Origin: Callorhinchus milii
Lineage: Eukaryota
Reading direction: 5' to 3'
DNA length: 64,000 nucleotides
Assembly: GCF_018977255.1 (NCBI RefSeq)
Contig: NW_024704742.1
Span: 34,164,001-34,228,000 of the forward strand
A program made the position numbers and the translations under genes. This document shows, piece after piece, positions 11,571 to 24,800 of the stretch. Numbering within the stretch: the stretch's first letter is position 1; each line of letters starts with the position of its first letter. Under the pieces are notes generated by a model. It was not told where the DNA came from. It did not search any database and saw nothing but the letters and a program-made list of their open reading frames with translations.

Positions 11571-13723
11571 GTTTAAGATCAAATTGGTTAGACGCGGAGT
11601 TGCTTTAAAGCCTCACAACATTGCACAACAGCTTTGGAGTATCTCTCTATATGAAACCTCTGGCTGCACAGAAGCCAGTGTACGTCATTTACAAAATAAA
11701 AAGCAGTTTCGGAGCTTCAATATTCAGTGCACCATCAAGGTATAAATAGAACATGTGGCAGTGGGCCACTGAATAACAAAGCTGTTCAACTTGTGACCTG
11801 ATCATTACAGCCCACTCACAACTTTGATGGTAGCCTGCAATACAGTTGGGTCACCAGTTAAATATTTTGGGGATTGAACAGACTGTTGCCATGTATCCTC
11901 TATTCCACAATGCTAAAGGAAGAAACAGTTACAGGAACAGTGCACCATAGATCACGGACAACATAACAGTTTTGACAAGCTTTATTTCATTTTTAAAACA
12001 CGACTGAAACATTTGATGAACTTGCTGTATCTCACCAGCTTGGCTATTCTGTAGTTTGCGAGCTGTGACTACACATTCCGCTCCCTGGAACCTGATCCTA
12101 TTTCCAAAGCAGCATTCTTTAGGCATAGACGCCATGGGCTCATTATTCGGTTTGTCACTGTACCTGGCTCTGGGAGAGGGGAAGTGTCATTACATTGGTA
12201 TCTGAATCATGTCTGGATTCACATTTCCAATAATAATAATAATACTGAAACTACATTCATAGGCAGTGAAACAAAGCAATAGCAGCAAAGATCATTGCAT
12301 AAAAAAATAACATTTTGTGCAGTGTTTCCCAGAATTGAATGTATAAATTCCCTAGTCATCAAAATCTTTTGCGCCAGTGTTTGATCACTTCCAAAAAATA
12401 ATGGACTTCAAATCTGACTTGTTCCTTGATGTCGTTGATCGGTATGAGTTATTCACAATTGCTGCTATTTTCAATAAAACGCCTCTCCATTGTTGTAGAA
12501 AGGGATAATAATTGTTTACACATTAGCAGTACAGGAAGGGACAGGCGCAGACAAACAGACGTCTTACAAAAATTGAGCGTTCTGGCTGTCAGAAAGACCT
12601 CTGGAGAATTTGTGTTGGGGGTTAGTCTACCTTCCCATGGGTTAATGTCTAAGTCATCAACCCTTTGTACTGGAGGTGATGATTAAAGCTGTATGTGAAC
12701 TTTCTCTCACAAGGACAGCGTTCCAGATGACAACACTGACTGGGAGAGGATTCCACTGACAGGAGAAGCCATTGTGAACAGTTTTACCACAGATATTACC
12801 CGTGAACGAATATTTAGAAAGATCTCAAAATGAGAGCCTTTCATTTGGGTGCTTCACAACAGATGCTCACAGTGCTCAGGCTGTAATGAGGAAAGAAACT
12901 TTACCAGACTTAATACACAAAGGTTTTAAAAAACAGATGTTATCAAAACTGGATTCTATACAATCTTCCATATTTCTAAGATTTGACAGTCATGACAACT
13001 GTTCATTAAAAAAAATCATTCTCAATTTTCCTTAGTTAGAAAGCCAAATGCTTTCTAGTTTCAAGAACAGCCACTAATGTGTAACAATACTCTCAGTCTG
13101 GGGTGTGGGTAACTTTTGCAACCCTGAGCAAAATATTGTTCAAATGCTGCCCTCTACCGCAATGGTGCCTGTGCATGTGTACGGTGCTGTCATCCATGAA
13201 ATATATCTAAGCTGGTGACATCCAAGATATTAGCCCTTGGTTGTAATAAAATTGCTGGGACTATTTTGAGCTCTTGCATTTCAGTAATTATTCTGGTAAT
13301 GAGCTTATAATAGGATCAATGACCTCGGGTTGTTTACATGCTCTGCCTAAAGCTCACTAGGAAAACAGCTGATCCTAATTGGACCAGACTGCAATAGCAC
13401 TCACATCCAGCTCCCGTCCCTGCTGGTATCTTACCTCAAAACCTCTCTCTTAGGTCACCACTTCCTTCCTAAATGGGCTGCCTCTGCTCACCTCCCCAAA
13501 ATTTCCACTGTTATCATTCCATGAAGCAACACCCTTTCCATCTCCATTGCTGATTTCCCTTTCCAAGGTTACTGCTGCTTGTCTCCAGGACGTTAAATCA
13601 AGATTCCGTCTGCCAATTCATGTGAATGCTAAAGATCAAATGACACTATTCAAAACGAGAAGAGGGGTTTCTCCTAATGTCCTGGGCAACAATACCCCAA
13701 TAAAAACCCTCAGTTTGTTTATG

Positions 13724-14262
13724 AATAACAACAACTTGCACTTATATAGCACCCTCCACACCAGGCGGCATCTCAGAGCGCTTAACAATGGAGGAGCCTA
13801 AGGCCAAGCCAGGGGGAAGGTGACCGTAGGTGCAGTCGAAAAGGAAGGTCTTCAGGCGCCAACCTGAAGATGGGGAAGGAGGGGGCGAGGCAAAGGGGTT
13901 GAGGGAAGGAGTTCCAAAGTTTTGGAGTGTAGTGGTTGAAGGCACGGCCACTGATGGTTGAACAGAGGATTCGGGGGCATGGAGGTGGCCGGAACCAGTA
14001 GAGCGGAGGCAGCGGGTACTGCTGTGGGGAGAGAAGAGGTTAGAGAGATGGGGGAGGGGGCAAGGAATGGAGGGATTTAAGCACTAGAGTGAGGATCTTG
14101 AAGTCGATCGCTCTGTAACAGGGAGCCAGTGGAGTTTGGCAAGGACTGGAGTAATCGGGGTACGAAGCTTGGTGTGTGTGAGAATGCGGGCGGCGGAGTT
14201 TTGAATGAGCTGAATTTTGTGAATAGTGGAGGAATATGAAAGATAGGCTAAGGTTTTGGGTG
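13724..14262 (-). mobile_element. L2 LINE 3' fragment
   Basis: Minus-strand ORF pieces RAIDFKILTLVLKSLHSLPPP and LKTFLFD. AACAACAACTTGCAC tail. Confidence 0.9.
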
Positions 14263-15121
14263 TGAACCTTCATCAAAACCCCACAATGTTGTGTAACTAA
14301 TGGAAAATGCAACACGATTGTGGTCTTTGTAATTAAAATAGCAAGTGATCCATTGTATCAAGTAAACAAACCACTTTGTGAGTAAAGATATCACGAGTTC
14401 TCTTCGTTCTTCCTTCAAAATGCAGTGCAAATCGCAGACCCATGGTTCTTAAACCCAAAGGGAAAAAAATCATTAACAATTTGAAAGGAATACACATTGG
14501 AAATCAACACTCTCCTTAATGAATAAAGTACAATTTATTTCAAGCTAAACTACAACCTGCGAGAAAATATATTCAGTGGAAAAAAAACAGACTGATATCC
14601 AGCCTGATGGGTACAACATCAACAGGAATTGTGGTAGAAATGTGCTCGGCTCTGCCCAGAATGGATCCAAGGCCCAAAGTTTATGAGTCTATGTATCAGA
14701 AAGGGTTTGAGACATGTTAGAAATAGAGTCAGGGCTGGATGTGAGCTACTGTAGTTTGGTCTATTTGCACATCTCAAGTTGTCCTCAGTCCACCTTAAGA
14801 TGGTTAACCCTTACTGTAATCTTCCCTGCATTTTAAAATGCAAGACTTTTCAGGCCAATATTTTAGAGACCTGCATTCACCCGGTGAACAGATTGTCATA
14901 AACATTGTTGCCACTAATAATACTGATCAGAAGACTTAGTAAATAATGGATTGACTTACCCTAATTTCGTATAGATCATGAATAATGATTTCAAACTTCA
15001 CTGCTAGGGACGCACTGATAAAAATGATGTAGAATTTGTTTTGAGAGTACTGAAAAGAGCATGATTTAATCAGAACCAAATAATGTTTGAAATCTATCCT
15101 ATTACACTGTCAGTTTGCCAG

Positions 15122-15505
15122 TTTGGCTCAGCACTCTTGAGTTTGGATCAGAAGGTTTTTGTGTTGAAGCCCCACACCTGGACTTGAGCTAGGCTGACGC
15201 TACAGTGCAGCAATCAGATGAAATGTTAAACAAAGGTCCCATCTGTCGCTTCAGATGAATGGTAAAAAATTGCATGGTATTATTTGGAAGAAGACCACGG
15301 AGTTAGCCCACTGACATGTTCAGTATTCCTCCCTCAGCCAAATTTAACAAAAATATTGCTTAATTGTTCTTTGCTGTTTATGGGATGTTATGGCCCAGAT
15401 TAGTTACCATGTTTCTCCGCATAACAAGTGATTCCACTTCATAACTCATTGCTAGACACTCTTTGAGATATAGATGTTAAGACACTTTTTCAAATGCAAG
15501 TACTT
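15122..15505 (+). mobile_element. DeuSINE (family B, SacSINE1-like), degraded
   Basis: TCAGAAGG..AAGCCCCAC..GACTTGAGC..AGGCTGAC..CAGTGCAG..CAGATGA..ATTCCTCCCTCA..TGCTGTTTATGGGAT..AAATGCAAG, collinear with the copy at 54135. Confidence 0.7.
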
Positions 15506-16574
15506 TTATTGTTTATTATCAATCTACTGCCTGTACCTTATTGCACCCAATATAACAATTTCTACTACAGCACCAGAAAATCCTTCAAATCCTGTTATAT
15601 GCACCATTTTAGTATATTAATTTTCTGTTGACAGTTGCAAAATTATGCTTTTAGACATCTCATGTGCTTTGCACTTAAAGGATATTTTTTCCAATTGTAT
15701 TTTTTTTAATAAATTGATGAGAAATGAGCCCTATACCCCAAGTGTAACGTTTTAGGTCGCAATTAGCAGATGGCCTTGAATTACTGAAAGCACAACTCCT
15801 TGAATTTGGTTTGAGAATACAAAGCCATTCGAAACATTTCCTCTCTGCACTGCTCAGTGACACAACGGTTTTCCCTTATTTAGGGTTCAAGAAAATCATG
15901 TGTTCCAACATCCAGCTGGGCAGATCTATCCCAACACCAAAATTAGAGAGTGTAAATGCAGGTTTCTGTCTGCAATGTAAAATAAGATGCAAACTCAGGC
16001 TGGCTACAAGCTGCTCAGCGCATCAGTCTGTAGCCGTCCACAAGTGCTTGCAGCTGCTGTGACATGGTGCTAAGCATGTTTTAAGACTAGTCCCAGTCGA
16101 GTTGCATCTTATCCAACCAGAAACAATCCCACAATCCAGCTCTTTTTAAGTGATCATCCTGTATCATAACAGATTAAGGTTGCAGCTATTTTGGATTATA
16201 TTTAATCTAACCTTTATCCGTTCACAGCTCCACCTGAAATTTACAAGGACCAACAGTCAATCGCCAGGGCATAATTCACAATGACACTGATCTTTCTTCC
16301 TGTGGTCTAATTAGCTGGATTAAGAATAACACTTTTGAGTAATTATTTTCACATTGGATAAACATTAAGCTTTCCTGGATTTATCGGAGCTTTTTTTCCA
16401 GCACGCAATAGATCCAAGGAGGCTTATAAGAACATAACTGACAGCAAGGACAGCTTAATCAAGAGAAAAATCCAAACAACTGAAAGGGACGTTTATGGTC
16501 GTTGTATTCACCATTCTTCCATCCATTAGAAAATGTTAGAAATGCAGTTTAATAAATATTACCATCGCTTCTTT

Positions 16575-16785
16575 GCAGGTTTTCAGTTTTTAATTGGTTT
16601 TTATGATCGCCAATGAAATTGACTTTGTCTTGTCTTGTCTTAAAATTTTCGTTCACACAGATCTGTAGACAATTCTTAAATTCAGGTTTAATTTTTAAGA
16701 GTTCCAAACAAGAAAGCAATTCTGTGCAACCTTAATTTCAGAACAAAATAGTCTTGCAGGCTAAGAGCAGATGGAATTTGGGGTC
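16575..16785. mobile_element. Palindromic MITE-like element (family P1), degraded
   Basis: Ends in GCAGGCTAAGAGCAGATGGAATTTGGGGTC, matching the right end of 53410-53605 (ACAGGCTTAGACTGGATGAAATGCTGGGCC). Shares the AACCTTAATTT core. Confidence 0.5.
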
Positions 16786-18700
16786 ACTCCGATCTCTGCT
16801 CATGTAACGTAATGAAGGAGTGGGAGCAATAAAAAAAATTGTTAATTTTGAATCTGACGTTCGTTTTTTATAACACACAATGAATCCATTTAATAATATT
16901 TTTAATAAAATAGTTTAATTTCAAAATGATATGGCTGTTACACACAGGTATTCAAACAAAATCTAAATGAGAAGGAGCAAAGTGAGTTTCTAGATTCAAT
17001 TCCCAGCTTGTGTTGGTTTGAGCTGGGGGTCAGTGTCCTGTTGCAAAATACTTTCTTGTCAAACTGTTGAAGGTATCTGCGTACAAATGTCCAATGGGAA
17101 CAGTGCTGGGTTCCGCAATGATATAATCAAGTATCTTATTGCAAAGTACTTTGAATGCTCATAAATGAATAATAACCACTTGGACAAAATTTGGAGGGTG
17201 GGGGTGGATGGGGTGAGGGGGGGTGGACACCCACAGAACTATGCCCCAGTAAAGCAAAAGGGAAGGAAACATTGCCAGGAAAAGATGGGGGTTGAGGATG
17301 AGAATAATATTGGTGAAAATGAATGGTTGTTTATTGTCAATAAACCCTTCTAATTTAAGATAATTTAAAGGCAACTGGTCAATGTTTAGCTTGTTATAAG
17401 TAAAGCACATATCTTACCAACACTCAGCTGCTATCTGACATTTTATGTCAATCAAACATGTCTTGAAATGGTGAAGTAGAAAATAAACCTTATCACGCTT
17501 GCCTTTGAAAACACCCCAAGATCATATACAATTACACACTAAAATCACATCACAAAACCCAATTACACTTCAGCTTTGCTGCACCACAGATAACCTTTTA
17601 AGGACCAGCCTCCCTGAGTGTATCACCTTCTGACCTATAGCTTTTGCCTGTCCAGGAATGTCTCACGATCTCGGAATGCTGCAGGTTGGAAAATCAGGAA
17701 CAAACACACAGCAAAAGAATACAACGTCCTCCCAAATAATTTGCATAAACAACATTAACAGACTGAGATTTTTTAATCATGTTTTCTCAAATGGGTACTC
17801 TGGTTTGCAATGAGAATTAAAACCTGCCTTTGCTTTCCCAGACTTAAATATTGCAAAGTATATTTAATGGATAAAATACAAAGCATAGGTACTTGAGGTA
17901 AATGAAAATGTAAAAGGTATTCAGGGAGAGGGAAGCAGAATGGGATTAGTATAGACAGCGCCAGCTCTGTACTGTAATCATTCCATTATTCACCCACAAA
18001 GAAATACAGTCACTCCCCTTTACAGTATATACTGTGAAGTACTTTGCAACATCTCCCGACATGAAAGGAGCGATACCAAATGTAACTATTACTATTAATA
18101 TTCTGAGAATTTTAATGCAGTTGTACATTTGTCAGCCATCAATTCTTGTCGACCTGACCAACTACATTTTTACCTTCCGTATCCACGTTAAGACTTTTCT
18201 CGGCTAAAATGGGACAAATATGTTCAACTATAGTTCGATAATAATTTGAATGTGACTTATGAGGATTGCAGGTGACAGGCAGCCACATAATCTACTTTTT
18301 TTTAACTCATAATGTTCAGTGCAGCATGACAAGTGTAATTTGTTGCTTTGATCAAAATAACTGGAGGCAATAATCAATAAGAAGTTGCACAAGGTTATAA
18401 TAGTCATTGTATGAGATTGAAATATTTACTGCTAAGTTTGTGTCTTGCTATTCACATGTGATATATCACCTCTGGCGATCAGCAGGTTTCAATTCCAGCC
18501 AAGCACAAGACTGAAAAACCGTGCTTTCTGCTCAGTGCTTAGACTGATAAGTAAATATATTCTGGCAGCTTTGAATCTTATTCCAAGTGGATGTAAATCC
18601 ACAACCCCAACTACCCTGGACTGTACAAGTACTGATTCTCTCATCTGTAGAAGGACTTGTATGTGTGTGTGAAATATTTCTGTGTATCGTATAGTATCGT

Positions 18701-19019
18701 GGAGTCCTGTAGCTCAGTGATTAGAGCACTCGCCTCACAAGCGAAAGACTTGGGTTCGATTCCCGGCAGGTCAGGGCGAAACCTTGTGCAAGTTTCCTTA
18801 CTCCACACACCTGATAATAATCCCTCAAGAATAAAATAAAATAATAATTTGGTCGCTCAATCCATGAATGTTTGTGGGACACTGCTGTGCGCAATTGGCT
18901 GCCGTGTTTCGCCCACAAATATACAGTCAATTCACTTTACAGTATATACTGTGAAGCATTTTGAGATGTCTCGAAGAAGTGAAAAGTGCTACATCAAATG
19001 CAAGGATTATTATTATTAT
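18701..19019 (+). mobile_element. tRNA-derived SINE family A, well-preserved short form
   Basis: GGAGTCCTGTAGCTCAGTGA (A box, one change), GGTTCGATTCC (B box), Deu-like domain and (ATT)n tail. Several CpGs are retained. Confidence 0.93.
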
Positions 19020-19530
19020 AAATATGACACCTCAGATGTGAGAATTGTTATCGGTAATATTATTATAAAGGTAGTCAATATTATCATTGGCCTCCAAACC
19101 AAATTCGGTGGAATAATTCGACCTGAAACCAGCACAAAAAAGTCTGACCATCACCAACACTCCGTTCCCCGAGGTCTGTCACTGTTACCAATGACGGAGC
19201 ATAGCTTTTCAGTACTGTTCCACATGGTACTGGCTGAAAAAGAAAGATTGGTGAGAAGAACGATGTTGGTGGTTTTCAGAAATATTTTGAGTTATCTTCA
19301 GGCCCAACCTATGCACCAAACTAGGGAGGGAAAGGGGTTCACCTCCACAGCTTGTGATAACTATTGACTGGATTTCTGGTCAACCTGATAATTAGCATGT
19401 TGCATTTCCCTGCATGGCCTTAAATAAGGACTATAGTTAGAAATAGTCATTCAGTGCAGTGCAGTAACACCAATGTTTCTGATGTGATAATTATTACCAA
19501 ATTACATTCCATATTTTACCTCCTAGAACC

Positions 19531-19915
19531 AAAACAACAACAACTTGCATTTATGTAGCACCTCTCACACAGGGTAGAGTCTCGGAGCACTTAACAGTGG
19601 CGGAACCTGACTCCGAGCTGGGTGGCGAGGGGAGGTGAATGTAGGCACAGTCTTCAGATGCAATCTGAAAATGGAGAAGGTGATGACAAGGCAGAGGGAG
19701 TGAAGTACTTTGAGACATCTCAATGACGTAATAAGGTGCTAGATCAAATGTAAGAATTATTTTTAACATTGAGGGAGGAGTTCTAAAGTTTCAGGGCGTA
19801 GTGGCTGGAAGTACGGCTGCTAATGATCAAGTGGAGGGGATGAGGGACAAGCAGTAGGCTGGAGCCAGCTGAGTGGAAGCGGTGAGTAGTGGAATGGGGA
19901 ATAAGCAGGTCCTCA
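19531..19915 (-). mobile_element. L2 LINE 3' end with an embedded plus-strand SINE tail (about 19700-19765)
   Basis: AAAACAACAACAACTTGCATTTATGTAGCACC..CCGAGCTGGG, interrupted by GTGAAGTACTTTGAGACATC..CAAATGTAAGAATTATT. Confidence 0.8.
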
Positions 19916-19952
19916 ACACTGGTTCTGACCTTTTGGTATTCATTTCACTCCA

Positions 19953-19985
19953 TCCTCCTCCTCCTCCTCCTCCTCCTCCTCCTCC
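19953..19985. repeat. (TCC)11 microsatellite
   Basis: Perfect trinucleotide run. Confidence 0.95.
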
Positions 19986-20828
19986 AGATCTGCTCTTTGT
20001 GAGTTCCCTGACCTGCTCTTTTCTCTTTCCTACAATTTCGCAGAGCTGACGAAAGACTTACAAAGGACCCATTCCCGCTGTATTCTGTAGACCATTTTAA
20101 GAATCTCTAGTGCAACTGTGAGGGAGACCAGAAACACTGACAGTGAAACTACTCAAACAAGACACAACCAACTGGGAAGTCAAAGCAATGTTTCAATATA
20201 ATAGGAACAACAACAAAAATCTTATTTTTATAAAGCACCCTTCACATAGAATAACATCTCGGGACACTTTACAATGGTGGGCGGCAAAAAATGTGATATG
20301 TGAAGAGTTTTAAACAAATGCAACCTTCAGATGTTTTTATTCCAGACTGGAATTTAGGAAATTCATTCATTTTCCTTGTAGTCGCGGTCACTGTCCTGTC
20401 TCCTGTAGCTTCACTAAACAAAAAGGAAATAGTATTTCCTCATTCCAGCTGTGATTAATAGGCCAAAGCTCTATTTATGAAGTGCCTGCAGCACGAATCT
20501 CATTGAAAATGAATGTGTATTATGACAAGAAGGGATTTTGCTGATGTGAACTCACAATGAGATTTGTTCACTGAGGACAATGGTTTTCTTCAAGCTGCCA
20601 CTGCAGTCAGTTTTCCCAACAGAAACACCAGCATTGTACACTCAGACATCATATACAGTAAGGTAGTCGGTGACTTTCACATGTGCTTCCCACTGTGAAT
20701 GCCTTTATTCCGAATGTAATACTGATGTATTATTGACAGGCATGTTGCAATGGACTTTGATCAAACTTTGATATATCTGACAGCACCCATAACGTTCGAT
20801 ACCAAGTCTATCCATTAACAAGGATTAT

Positions 20829-21150
20829 CATAATAATAGTAACAATGATGATTCTTGCATTTGATATAGTGCCTTATCACATTGTTGAGATGTCCTTAAC
20901 GCATTTGCAGAATTTATTGTAAAGTGTAGTGATTGTGCATTTGTAGGTGAAGACAACAGCCAATTTGTGCCTCGCAAACATCCCACAACCAGCCATAAAT
21001 TGAATGCCAATTTTGCTTGGATGGATTATGGCCAAGACATTGAGAGAAACATCTGTCTCTTTTTCCATTGCTCCCTGGGATCTTTAACGTCCACTTGAAC
21101 AGGAAGACCGGACCTCAATTTAAAGTCTCATTGAAGGACGGCACTTCTGA
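20829..21150 (-). mobile_element. DeuSINE family B, 3' two-thirds
   Basis: Tail, then CAGCCAATTTGTGC..CATCCCACAA, then GGGATCTTTAACGTCCACTTGAACAGG..CCTCAATTTAAAGTCTCAT, the reverse complement of family B. Confidence 0.8.
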
Positions 21151-21154
21151 AAGT

Positions 21155-21235
21155 GGATAAATTATCCTCTGGGTAAAGAAATACTTTCTGGTTTCAGTCC
21201 TGAAATTGCCCTTTGCAATCCTAAACCTGCCTACT
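21155..21235 (-). mobile_element. CR1 LINE ORF2 C-terminal fragment
   Basis: Translates RFRIAKGNFRTETRKYFFTQRII, the CR1 'R..FF.QRV' motif. Confidence 0.7.
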
Positions 21236-21479
21236 TCTTGTTTTGCTATCTCAGTGCATCTGAAAGCAGAAACTATTCCATTTGGGCAGTGGACAGTCTC
21301 ACTGAAAATCAGGTATTCTAACCTTATTTTACATGTCAAATTTTTGTCATTGACAATTGTAATTTCAGCAGGGGTGGGGTGAGCAGATTATCAATTATGG
21401 CCGACAAGATAAAATATCCTTGCTTAAAATATACACCTTGATCTAAAAGCTATAATATTTTAGTTCCACCTTGATTCAG

Positions 21480-21810
21480 ATATCACAACATGGCAATTTT
21501 TCATTGCACAGTGATGTCACATAAAGTGTTATGTAGAATGATATGGCATTTCCTGTTAAATAAATTGATGCTGTATGCTTCAATCTTTAATGGATTATTT
21601 AAAAAAAAGGGGGAAATTATTGCAGGTTAAAAAGCTGCTCCTGGAGTTGCTTTATGTTTTATGGAAAAAAACCCCCAGCTGATTTAATGACTTTTTAATT
21701 ACGTAACTGGCAGTTCAGGGAACCTCGAATGTCTGCCGGGTTTAATTACTCACCACAGTCCCGTTAATTATGGCAGATAATTAAAGTTCTACTGCGATGT
21801 ATTTTAGCTA
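21480..21810. promoter_or_regulatory. Candidate conserved non-coding element (homeodomain-site cluster)
   Basis: Four TAATTA within 21696-21783 plus TTTTATGG (Hox/Cdx type) at 21657-21664, in unique sequence. Confidence 0.4.
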
Positions 21811-24800
21811 TTTAAAATAAAATAAAATGTAATAAAGATGAAACTCAATCAATACACCCTCACACATCAAAGTTCATGCAGTGCACACATAAATATTTTT
21901 CTTTAATACTATTCTAAGTTATCGTCACTGTCATACTATTATCATTCTCTTTGACCATGCTTTTGGTTTTCTCCCCCTTCCCACCATCTTTGGCTCCCAC
22001 CCAAATTTCGGGCGCCAAACCAGCAATGTTAAATGCTTGGAGACGTACTCCCAATGTGAAAAGAGCTATATAAATATAAATTGCACCTGATTGTGCAAAA
22101 CCTGGTATGTACAAGGCAAAATAAATCAGACAAATAAACTGTACAGAACCACTGTTCAGTATATTTCTACGTTTGGTCCATCTTGAAAGACACAGGAATA
22201 AACAGTACATCTCTCAGTGATTTCAAACTATTGCGTTACACCACAGCATAGATGGGCACAGGTGGGATGTTTTATTCAGCTGTCCATCTACTCAATGATG
22301 AAACTCATCAGATGTATGATTAGACTTGAGTGTTAGTCACCATTGGGACCTGAACCGGTGGCCTTCATCCAGCAGGTTATGTTACAATGTAATGCAGGGC
22401 CTTTAATGTGGCATATTTAAACACACCTTGAATATTTCATTTTAAATTATGAAAATACAGTGTAATTTAAATGTATTTGTAAACGATTTAAATAGTTCTT
22501 CCGATCAGCTGATCAGCAGGAAGCATCATTCACAGCAAACAAGTTAAACTGGGATGCTCTGTGAAAGTATCATAAAAAAGGGAAGATGGAGTTACTGTAT
22601 CTTCATTTAAAGAGGTATTTGTCTACAAGTACGTGACCACTACATTTTGAGAAATGCTTCGAGACTTTCTCCCGACGTGAAATGTGAGGGGGAAAAAATG
22701 AAACATCCACATCCATTTTACAATGCAAGCCTCAACATCGGTGTTAAAGAGAGTCTCACCATCTGTATACTTTTCAAATATCTGTTTGCTTCTGGATGTT
22801 TATTTTGTTTGCCTTTCCCAATTTTTAAAAAAAACACAACATATATTTGCAGCAAATTGCAACTCCCAGTGACATTATCGAGAAACCTGATCTGGAAGAG
22901 TTGTTGAGCCTGACTGTGTAAAGTAGGTCAATTAATGTCATTGGAGCTGATTACATTCATTAATCCACCATTCTGGTAGTGCAAATATTATAACTATTTG
23001 ACAAAACTGAAAAAAAGACAAATGGGACTTCATAGCAATACAACAATTTAACAGCTTAAAAGTTAAGTTCACATACTTCTTTTAAAAAGATTAGATATTT
23101 TGCTACCTTCAAACACAAGATGATTAGATTCAATAGAACCTGATACTGGCTCTCCGTGGAAAAAATCTTGCCAACCACATATATCAATATTACTTGCTTT
23201 TCCATTTAGGTTCTTATTACTGCCTCCTGCTGCTATGTTTCCTCTTTTAAATGGGAACAGTCTGTGACACAAATTATAGTAGTATCAAATAGTCATGGCA
23301 CTTCTGTTTTCCCTGTTCCCTGCAATTGAGCTTTCTCCATTCAAAAGCTGAGCAGAAACCTGGAAAAACATTTTCATTAAGGATACAGAGTCACTCCTTA
23401 TAATGTGTCCAGTTAAGCGAAGTTCCACATATACCCAGGGTGTACTGTGGAGCCACATTATACTGGGTCCATGTTGTCCACCCTGCTTGCATCCCAACTG
23501 TCTGGCTTCCTACATTAAATAAATGATCACCTTCTAGATCATCCGATTACTGATGATTTTGAATTTATTGATGTCATCTCCTGCACTTAGTGAGCTACGA
23601 GACCTGATGACTCAGCAAGCGGACATTTTTTCACGCTTCTTTATGAATTTATGGACCCAAAACACTGCATTATAACAGGGTGCCATATACTCAGGTTCAA
23701 ATGTAATTTGAGATCTGGGAGTCGAGCTTAAACTCTCTGAATGAGAGACCAACTCTGTCTTGCTAAAATTACTGGCTTGTCACTGGTTTGCATAGGGGGA
23801 AATCAGTCCAGTCCAAACTATAAATCAGCAAACTAAAGTACATGAATCCTCTGTACTTCTAACCGTGTTAGACAAGTGGTATCCATGCTGTGAATGAAGC
23901 GGGCTTCAGACATGCAGCCTCTAACCATTGGTTTTTAAGCTGCCTTAAAAAAATAATCTGACTAGTTCCTTATTGGTGGGAATTTATCCACTGGAATATA
24001 AAGCTGCAACCAGCAAAGTACATTGAGAACCTTTCGAAACCCCAAGTCCTCTCAGGGTGAAAATGTGAAAAATGAATGCTATGTAGGCTTTCAATTATCA
24101 TTTTGAAGTCAATAAATTGCTATATGAGGCACAAGATACATGAATGCCATTTGACCAGACCAGATGGATTTTCCTGCTTGAACAGATATTGTATAAGAAA
24201 AGTCTGGTTCAATATATTTGGACAATACATTAACTTGTCAACTGTTTCTGTTCACATGATTTATACAAATTGCTAATTCCTAAAATTCACATCAGGAAGT
24301 TGTAAAACAGTCATCCAGATCCAGTTAATAGGAATTCAGAATGAATCTTACTGCTACACATTAAAAAAAAACTACATCTACCATGAAAATAAATTTGAAA
24401 TCAAGCTTTTTCAAGTCCACCTGCCACCTTTGTAATAGTCAAAACCATATGTGCACCCCTTTGAAGTCCACATTGCTCTTTTAATGATGTCCTTTGCATA
24501 CCAGCGCTCTCCCTCTGTCCAGCTTGATATCGTGAAACTGAAACAAAATCAATAGCAGCATGACAAATGCTCCTGCAGATGTGTGGCACAGTTGTAATAA
24601 ATGATCGGCGACTACAGGGTTACAACTGCAAGCTAATTCCAACAAGTTGTGTGCATACAGCAGCAAATGAGGATGGTGACATAAAACATCAAGCATAAAA
24701 TGAATTCCATTTTTCATATCGCAGCTCAGTCCTTTGTACTGCAGCAGGCTGCAGCTGTTCAGTACTCCAGCAAGCTGTGGAAACATCCAGTGCCCACAGA

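Noticed and set aside
12715..12833. Protein-like frame DSVPDDNTDWERIPLTGEAIVNSFTT..
   Set aside because: Short, bounded by stops, weak acceptor and no recognised family.
18849..19367. 172-aa ORF
   Set aside because: The first third is SINE sequence and the rest has no recognisable domain or splice context.
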